Shown here piece after piece: positions 57,043 through 64,000 of a stretch of DNA of 64,000 bases. A model generated the notes under the pieces. It was not told the origin of the DNA. It did no database searches and was given only the letters and a program-made list of their open reading frames with translations. The DNA lies in contig NIVC01000025.1 of NCBI GenBank assembly GCA_002269645.1, positions 544,417-608,416 of the forward strand, read 5' to 3'. Source of the DNA: Macrostomum lignano (taxonomy: Eukaryota). Numbering within the stretch: position 1 is the first letter of the stretch; the number at the start of each line of letters is the position of its first letter. Both the position numbers and the translations under genes were made by a program.

Positions 57043-57772
57043 ATGACTAATGAATATATAAGAGAACTCATTAATTTAGCAAAGCAGCGAGAAATGTACA
57101 AATCCAGAAATGATGCTCAACGCTATTTGAAAATTGGAGAAGAGAGTTTATATGCAAGAGTGGCTCCATTAGCTCAAAAACCTGTCACAGAAAAGCTCGA
57201 TGAATTTATTGATGTCAATGCCAACCTTGTTGATAAACTTCAGAATCAAAAAGTTCCAGTTCCGCAATCAAGTACACCAAAAGGCCGATTTGAACCCCTA
57301 GAAGTATTTGACAAAATAATTGAAGAAATTGGAAAGATTCAATAACTCAAAGACCAGCGCCTAGTATACGGATTCAAAAAACTGATGCTGGATATATATT
57401 TGGATCATCTGTAATAGATGTTGAATTCCATGAACAAGGTCGAGACATCATTGTCAACGAATTTCGAATGCCATTTTCTGAAGATCTTGAAGAGTTGTTC
57501 AAAATGCCTAAAGTAACTGAAAATGGTGAAGAGCTGAAGCAATTCAAGATGCAAACATTGCAGGATTATGTTAACATCATTGAACATTGTAAAAATCCAG
57601 CGGCCAAATCAAGTGGGAATTATAAGCAAGCAGTAAGGATATTGAAAGATAATCCACCAGGATATCGAGTAAAACCGGGATCTGGACTCAGTGAAAGAGT
57701 GTTAACTTTATTAGCCGCCAAGCAGAAGGACATAATAATGTTGATAAAGAGCTAGCAGAATTACTTGCTTAA
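57043..57772 (+). CDS. Conserved Polinton hypothetical protein with two -1 frameshifts (about 57327 and 57726)
   Basis: 57043..57345 joins 57468..57755 through an open intervening frame (NWKDSITQRPAPSIRIQK...). Corrected C-terminus reads GSGLSERVLTLLAAKQ-GHNNVDKELAELLA*. Confidence 0.55.
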
Positions 57773-57774
57773 AA

Positions 57775-58562
57775 ATGGAAAAAGAAATAGAAAAAGTCAA
57801 CATCCTCTTGAGTAAAAAGTTTCAACGCACATTTGACTTCTTTTCAATTAAAAACCCATTTCGACAAACTCTAGGCACTCCTATAAATTTGTATGAAGAT
57901 CGAGAATACGAAGCTGGTATAAAAAAGTTTGCAGTCTTTGATGCTATTAACAATATTGAAGGAGGCAATAATGAGTTGCGATACTCGAGGGATAGTGGTA
58001 GAACATGGAAAAAATAAAGATTCAAGCGGGTCTTGGGAAGTTAAAAGTCTGTCAAGCGAGATTCAAAGATTGCTAACAGCTGCAAATGATTGGAAAGAGG
58101 GGGCTATTGTTTTCAGTGCAAGCCTAGACACGCGTAGAGTTGAGTTACGGTTAGCCACAGATTATCAAGTTGATTTCAGGGATGCACATTCCAATAACTT
58201 TAGAAGACTGTTGGGATTCAATTCGGAAGTGTATTTGAAACCATTTGAGAGAGCTCCAAATCCAGCTCGGATAGACGGAGCTAGAAGTGCGATCATGGTT
58301 CGTTGTCTAAATACAAAGGGGGTTTATCACTGATCCAGCTAATGGAAATCATTTAATTGATAAGCAAATACTTCTTTCAATTCCATCGTTCTCTGTCCCA
58401 ATGGGAAGTAAAATTATTCAAGAGCCCGCAAATCCTGTGTACCTACCACTAACTACAAACATGTTGAGCACATTCGACTTTGTCATCGAAGATGAGTCTG
58501 GTGTTCTATACGACTTTGATGGCGAGGAAATATTTATAAATCTTCACATACGACAAATATGA
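57775..58562 (+). CDS. Minor capsid (penton-like, Polinton PX) protein, about 262 aa, three frameshifts (about 58012, 58030, 58320)
   Basis: Reconstruction: PINL...YEAGIKKF...INNIEGGNNELRY...WKKIKIQAGSWEVKSL...LLGF...IMVRC...GSKIIQEPANPVYLPL...DESGVLYDFDGEEIFINLHIRQI*. Confidence 0.7.
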
Positions 58563-58571
58563 GTGTTAAAA

Positions 58572-59003
58572 ATGAGCGAAGCTGAGACATGGAATGCATT
58601 TAAACAAAAGTTTGGGACTGACACTACGACTAATATTGATCTGATAAATTGGGCAAAATATCTCAAGTTAAAACCATTTCGCTATGCCATGAGAGATGAA
58701 ATTGTTGATTTACCACAGTATGGTTACTTTATGACAAATATTCACACTTCGAAAGAACGGGGTATACATCATTCAGCTATATTTTCAGCTCCTGATAAGG
58801 TTTATTTTTTTGATTCCTATGCACTACCGCCCACACTGGAAATTATGGAAAAGTTTAATCACACAAAGAATAGAATATGTGGAGACATGGAAGAACAAAT
58901 TCAAACTTTTGATAAGAAATATTGTGGTCAAATGTCGCTGTACTTTTTACACCGAATCGATAAAGGAGATAGCTATAACGAAATTTTGCAGCAATTAAAA
59001 TGA
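58572..59003 (+). CDS. Adenain/Ulp1-like maturation cysteine protease
   Basis: N.....RGIHHSA (His), YFFDSYALPP (Asp), IQTFDKKYCGQMSLYFL (Gln, Cys). Confidence 0.85.
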   Translation: MSEAETWNAFKQKFGTDTTTNIDLINWAKYLKLKPFRYAMRDEIVDLPQYGYFMTNIHTSKERGIHHSAIFSAPDKVYFFDSYALPPTLEIMEKFNHTKNRICGDMEEQIQTFDKKYCGQMSLYFLHRIDKGDSYNEILQQLK

Positions 59004-60408
59004 GTTACAAGAATACTGCCAATCAATTTGGTTACTCGTCAAATTCAAATGATATAGCACCTGGAATAACAATAGCGTTAGCTGATGATCGATACATCAA
59101 TGAAAATGAAGGATATAAGAGAGAGGAAATAGATAATTTATTGTTAGCAAAGAGAAATGTTTCAGACTCTTATTCAAAGGAAGATAGTGACGCAATGAAT
59201 ATCACCATGCTACAATTAATTGACGATGCTCATGGGCGCGTAAACAATGTCTACACAAAAACCGAAACTGACACTAAGATGTATTCTAAAACTGAGATTG
59301 ACACTAAGATGTATTCTAAAACTGAGATTGACACTAAGATGTATTCTAAAACTGAGATTGACACTTTGTTAGCAGAATGGCAAGGTACTGCGGGAGGTAC
59401 AGAGAGTTCGAAATTAGTCAATATTCTTTCATTACTGACTTCAAACGCTTCCCATTCTGACATGAAAGTGACCGCTTCTCATAACTCTTCAGCAGCATAT
59501 CATGTTGCAGATTCAAACCCAGCTTCAGATTGGAGCAGTGCAGATGACTCAGACAAGTGGATACGATTTCAATTTTTGAAAAGAGCTAGGAAAGTTGTAG
59601 AGATAAAGTTGGAAGGAGAGGTGTGGCCTGGTTGGTCTGTTAGTGTGAGCCTAAATGGAACAAACTGGACACCTGTTGAACAAAGTGCACCCATTGAACT
59701 ACGAAGGGCAATGCACATCTTAGGAAAAAAATACCCAATCCCTCATATTATTTCCATTATTCTCTTAATTTTTCTGGTTCCGTAAAGCTTACAAAAGTTG
59801 AATTACTTGAGAGACAAACAGTGGTTAATGATTTAGTGTGGCCTATAGATAGACTTCAAGCTGTACCAAAGCTATACGTAGACAATGCACTTGAATCAGT
59901 GGAGCTGCGACTAAGGCGGGGACTAGGTTTCAAATCTTATACAGGATATATTCCCTCACTAGCAACACGTCAAAACTATAGAGAAAGGGGTTTCAATGTA
60001 GCGTCATCAGGAGCATTTGAAACGTCAGATAATTGGGGTTATATAGTATCTAATTCAGAATGGGCATCGAGGAATGAACCCAATTCTTACATTGAAGTAC
60101 AACTTCCCGAGTCTATTCAAATTTGGAAATTCGGATTGAAAGGAACCAAAGCAGTAGGTAGTGAAATTATAAAAAATCAACCAAAAAGTTTTATTCTGAA
60201 AGGGAGCAATAACAAGAGAGACTTTAGGAATATTTTTTCTACCGAAAACGCTGGTTTAGTTCCTGGAGTCATGAAATATTTTGAAGTAGCTTCCACCGAA
60301 AAATTCTCTGTTTATAGAGTGCATATTAATTCAGCCACTGAAGGATCAACCGTTCTTATTGTTTCAGGCTTTCAACTTTATCCGATTTTAGACATAATCG
60401 CCACATAA
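59000..60408 (+). CDS. Putative fibre/receptor-binding protein: Y.K.E.D stalk repeats plus two F5/8 type C (discoidin)-like domains, about 469 aa with one -1 frameshift at about 59698
   Basis: YSKTEIDTKM repeats (30-bp unit, about 59255-59365). The alternative frame from about 59702 (KGNAHLRKKIPNPSYYFHYSLNFSGSVKLTKVELLERQTV) runs without a stop into ORF 59821..60408. Confidence 0.6.
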
Positions 60409-60410
60409 AA

Positions 60411-61151
60411 ATGAATGAAAAAAATGAACACATCTATCCTGTGGTTGAGCTGCATGAAGCAGATTTGAGGGAGCGGGACTATTTCAATCAGAGAAAGGGT
60501 GAAATCAAAGGCAGTATTGAATGCATTACTAAAGATCTTACAATTTATAGCAAAAAGGTAAAAAAGTACAAACGGCAAAGTAGCAGGATAAATTGGATCA
60601 ACATTGTGACAGGAAATGTAAGTCTCTTGGCTGCTACAGGAATTGGCATAGCAACATCGATACTGACATTGAATCCCTTAGTTATTGGAGTAGTAATCGG
60701 GGCAATGAGTGGTTTTGAAGCTGTAAAATCCACGTCGTTGTTTGCAACTGTGAAAATTCATTGCCAAAAGCAGAAGGCAAAATACATTGTTCTCAGAGAT
60801 CTGGCAAATCAATATAGAGAGAGATTGTATATTTACTCCCAAAAAGCAGTTGATGATTATAGATTAACTCTTGAAGAGGTTCAAGCAGCTGCTGCAATTT
60901 ATTCAGAATACAGAGAAAAAAGAGATCAATTGTTAGACGCCTGTGTTGCGCCTGAAGAAGTTAACCATTCGGAAGTCGTTGATAAAATCCTCAAAGAGAG
61001 TAGACTTGGTCATTCAGCGAAGGAAAAAATTAAAAAGGAATTACTAGAAAAAGATCTGAGAGAAAAATTGGGTCTAGCTGATAAGCCAAAAGAGTACTCG
61101 GCAACACTCAATCTTCAATCAAATGCTCCAAGTGCACCTCCCTACAATTAA
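60411..61151 (+). CDS. Coiled-coil membrane protein with a hydrophobic hairpin and C-terminal PSAPPY, 246 aa
   Basis: Intact ORF; hydrophobic segments IVTGNVSLLAATGIGIATSIL and LVIGVVIGAMSGF; ends SNAPSAPPYN. Confidence 0.75.
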   Translation: MNEKNEHIYPVVELHEADLRERDYFNQRKGEIKGSIECITKDLTIYSKKVKKYKRQSSRINWINIVTGNVSLLAATGIGIATSILTLNPLVIGVVIGAMSGFEAVKSTSLFATVKIHCQKQKAKYIVLRDLANQYRERLYIYSQKAVDDYRLTLEEVQAAAAIYSEYREKRDQLLDACVAPEEVNHSEVVDKILKESRLGHSAKEKIKKELLEKDLREKLGLADKPKEYSATLNLQSNAPSAPPYN

Positions 61152-61176
61152 TATTGTATAATTTTTTTTCTAGAAA

Positions 61177-61482
61177 ATGGCTGCAATAAAAGTTCTCCTA
61201 AATGCATACCAAGATGAAATAAAGCGCATTGATAGAGAAATACAAATAAATAACTTTAGGGAGGTGCGTACACATTGTGGAATAATAGAACCGGATTATG
61301 GATATATTGATAAATTAAGTGATCGCAAATGTTTTCTTGAAACTGCTATTGTTTTTGCAGAAGCATTTATTGAAGATGAAATCGACAAGTTAGTTAAAAA
61401 AATAAAAGAGATCAGGAAGTATGTTGAGTTTAATGATCAGCGCAAGAAACTTCTTAAGCAATTGAATTGTTTGGTTTTTTAA
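61177..61482 (+). CDS. Hypothetical protein, 101 aa
   Basis: Intact ORF with an A-rich start, tail-to-tail with pPolB; no recognisable motif. Confidence 0.5.
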   Translation: MAAIKVLLNAYQDEIKRIDREIQINNFREVRTHCGIIEPDYGYIDKLSDRKCFLETAIVFAEAFIEDEIDKLVKKIKEIRKYVEFNDQRKKLLKQLNCLVF

Positions 61483-61484
61483 AC

Positions 61485-64000
61485 TTATTTGAATCCATGA
61501 GGATGTGTTATAATTCCATTGGATTCAATGTATCTTTTGTCATCGAAAGGACTAATAGCCTTCTTATTTTGTTCTATTAAAGTCATGTTATGCTTGTCTG
61601 ATCTAAGGCTATACACTTTCCTATAGACTGGTTCGTTATAATCAAGTAGTATATTTCTATAGTCATCATATTGTACATGATGCTTCACTGTTGACTTTGA
61701 GATTCCCTTTAATTTTTTCTCTTCCTTCCCTTCCTTTTGAGTGCTGACATAAACTGTTTTAAATGAATATGCTTTCGATCTTAGAGCGGTTACTTCTGTC
61801 ATTATGCAATCATATTTTGCCAATTCATCCTTGAATGTTCCCAGCTTTCCACAATTATTCATATCATGTAAATCAATCGGAAAATTTTTAGTATACAGCG
61901 ACAAATCGAAATGCTCCTTCATCTGAGCAATGTCTTTATAAATATTTTCTGTCTTTATATGAAGAATGAATGAGTCGGTGTCAGAGGTAACAATCTCAAC
62001 ATTATCCCCCCATTTGGACTTGAAAACTTTGTAAAATGTTTCATACATATGCAATTTCGAGAGATCCAGAATTGCTTGTCCAGCGTATGTTGGCTTTGTT
62101 CCAAGAGGGATATTCTTAGGTCGCTGGTGAATGCAAATTAGATTTTCATTGAAGATTTTGAAGTCTATGAAATCTGGCTTGGATATTATCTTAGATATCT
62201 CATCCTCACTTGTCAGCAACTCAAATCGCTTTCTCTTTTTAACATCCTCCATTGTCTTGCCAAAGATGCTTACATTAAGCATTTTGAACTGATTGTCTTC
62301 GAACTCAATTTTTGCTTCTTTTGCCTTCTTTCTTTCTATCGTATTAAACTCGATATACTCCTTTAACCATGGCTTTTCATTGAATGAAATCGTCCTATGT
62401 ACTTTTGTCACTTTCAAGCCCATCTCTTCATAGAATCGCAATAGCTTATGATGTACGATATATTTTGTTTTATTTTTTAAATTAAGGATCAATTTAGGAA
62501 CTTTTCCAATCTTTTTCATTTCGACTTCTAGACATCCTTTCTGATATTCACTCAATTCACTTTCTGACACAGTTGTACTTTCAGGTGCTAATGGGAAGGC
62601 ATACGTTTTCTTTTTTGATTCTTTTGTATATTCAAGATCACATTCAACAAGACAGCCCCGTCCTTCAGGAGGATTTTTATAATAGTTGGAATCAGCTTCC
62701 CATTTAAAGTCAGAAAAAGGAAGGGGTTCCAACATACTATAACCATAGAGATTTGTACAATCAACGTAAAGTAAGTAGGAAGTTGGTTTTTCTAAATCAT
62801 AGCCTGGAAGATAAGGATTATTTGCCTTTACATATCGTGACCCTAGAACTCCGCTAAATCCACCTCTTATTCCACTATCAATCATATGAATCATATCGAT
62901 ATCCGCCAGCAAGTCTAACTCAACTTTACTTTTCTTCAACCCAGCATTCCAACTCAATCCTGGTGCTGAGAAGCATCTGGCTGGATCAATCTCAAAGTGT
63001 TTCAGGAAGAATGTTCTATAGCGTTCGAATACATCTGCTAATAATAGAACGTCAACCTTAAGATACAGCATCATATAATCCTCCAAATTCTTACAATTAA
63101 AAGTTTTCCACATTTGTTTTGCAAAATCATATTCATCTGAAGAAATGTCTTCACCTTTCAACCTCGAGTAAAACTCTTTCAATGGTGGTAACTCAGTTTC
63201 TGCTAATCTTCCAAAGCTTCTGATATACTCATATGGGAATACACCCTTGCGCTTAACATATTGAAAATCGCTGTCGTTTTTAAAGTATTTCTTTGTTATG
63301 ATGAAGTCTTCATCCTTCAGGGACTTTGCGCAGATATCCAGCGAGGAAGCCAAGAACCTGTATGAATCTAGGAACCTCAGTACTACTTTGTTACATCCAA
63401 ACTCGAGAGAAATGTACTCTTCAGAAGTTTTAGATAGTGGAGGAAATAATTTATCCTCCATGGTCTCTTTGCTCTTTAAGTGTGTCACTAAGAAGTGAAA
63501 GTCATAGTGGGATCCATTCTGGAAGTAGATTGGGATTACTCGCTTCTTACTCTCGAGAGCATTGCAGGATTTACAGGCAGCCCCTCTATATTTGCCACTA
63601 TAGTGACAATGTTCTCTTACCTTACCTAGCTTAAGTGTAAAGTCATTTTTACAATTCGCACATTTTTCAGCCCTGTAAAACTCTTTCCATTGTTGCTTTG
63701 TGATCTTATATTTACTTATATTATTGCTCTTGTTCAGACATTTTTTGCACCAAGATTCTATAGTAACTTTACTGTCAATTTCCTTCACATGCACCTTCAT
63801 ATCTGGAACCATATCAAACTCCTTCTCGCATATGTAGCATTGTTTAGCCTTACAGAAAGAAGCCTCCTCTTGCGCTGTCAAATTATGATTAATATGCTTA
63901 GGCTCCTTCAGACCATTCTTAATTTGTTGATAAATTTCAACCATTCTATCAACATATTTTTCCTTGGCATCTGTGCCACAATATCCTTCATACTTCGATT
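61485..64000 (-). CDS. polB: Protein-primed family B DNA polymerase with an endonuclease VII-like Zn-finger region; N-terminus beyond the window
   Basis: The frame is open to the window edge (SKYEGYCGTDAKEKYVDR precedes Met 63944). Motifs CYIC, CANC...EHCHYSGKYRGAACKSCN, NGSHYDFHF, FLDSYRFL, KGVFPYEY, DVLLLADVFE, YVDCTNLYG, KMLNVSIFGK, SDTDS. Confidence 0.95.
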   Translation of the reverse strand, partial: SKYEGYCGTDAKEKYVDRMVEIYQQIKNGLKEPKHINHNLTAQEEASFCKAKQCYICEKEFDMVPDMKVHVKEIDSKVTIESWCKKCLNKSNNISKYKITKQQWKEFYRAEKCANCKNDFTLKLGKVREHCHYSGKYRGAACKSCNALESKKRVIPIYFQNGSHYDFHFLVTHLKSKETMEDKLFPPLSKTSEEYISLEFGCNKVVLRFLDSYRFLASSLDICAKSLKDEDFIITKKYFKNDSDFQYVKRKGVFPYEYIRSFGRLAETELPPLKEFYSRLKGEDISSDEYDFAKQMWKTFNCKNLEDYMMLYLKVDVLLLADVFERYRTFFLKHFEIDPARCFSAPGLSWNAGLKKSKVELDLLADIDMIHMIDSGIRGGFSGVLGSRYVKANNPYLPGYDLEKPTSYLLYVDCTNLYGYSMLEPLPFSDFKWEADSNYYKNPPEGRGCLVECDLEYTKESKKKTYAFPLAPESTTVSESELSEYQKGCLEVEMKKIGKVPKLILNLKNKTKYIVHHKLLRFYEEMGLKVTKVHRTISFNEKPWLKEYIEFNTIERKKAKEAKIEFEDNQFKMLNVSIFGKTMEDVKKRKRFELLTSEDEISKIISKPDFIDFKIFNENLICIHQRPKNIPLGTKPTYAGQAILDLSKLHMYETFYKVFKSKWGDNVEIVTSDTDSFILHIKTENIYKDIAQMKEHFDLSLYTKNFPIDLHDMNNCGKLGTFKDELAKYDCIMTEVTALRSKAYSFKTVYVSTQKEGKEEKKLKGISKSTVKHHVQYDDYRNILLDYNEPVYRKVYSLRSDKHNMTLIEQNKKAISPFDDKRYIESNGIITHPHGFK

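Larger units (their letters stand above)
51376..64000. mobile_element. Polinton/Maverick (adintovirus-like endogenous virus); the right part continues beyond the window
   Basis: Abrupt switch to AT-rich, intronless, tightly packed ORFs. Integrase, MCP, mCP, packaging ATPase, adenain-like protease and pPolB are all recognisable. AGTAGT start fits known Polinton 5'-AG termini with short tandem repeats. The left boundary is inferred. Confidence 0.92.

Overview
Intron-rich animal genomic DNA with GC-rich exons and introns filled by locus-specific minisatellites. This pattern is consistent with a free-living flatworm such as Macrostomum, but that is an inference I cannot verify. Host genes, all modelled by hand with phase-consistent GT-AG junctions: the last exon of a Cys-loop ion channel (+); two tandem TRPC-like channels (-); an AADAC/NCEH1-like esterase (+); a 33-exon type II membrane GH31 alpha-glucosidase with two trefoil+GH31 units (+, about 1974 aa); and the 3' half of bleomycin hydrolase (-). 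From 51376 to the window end lies a Polinton/Maverick (adintovirus-like endogenous dsDNA virus), apparently inserted into a minisatellite within a BLMH intron. It encodes a PLA2-integrase fusion, core proteins with an adenovirus pX-like motif, major and minor capsid proteins, a packaging ATPase, an adenain-like protease, a fibre-like discoidin protein, a membrane protein ending in PSAPPY (candidate ESCRT late domain) and pPolB. Other highlights: nine single-base frameshifts confined to the element's structural genes; a shared TAAAAATG start motif; a GH31 inter-domain intron with an in-frame stop, promoter-like motifs and an in-frame ATG; and apparent gene-conversion tracts in both duplicated host systems.
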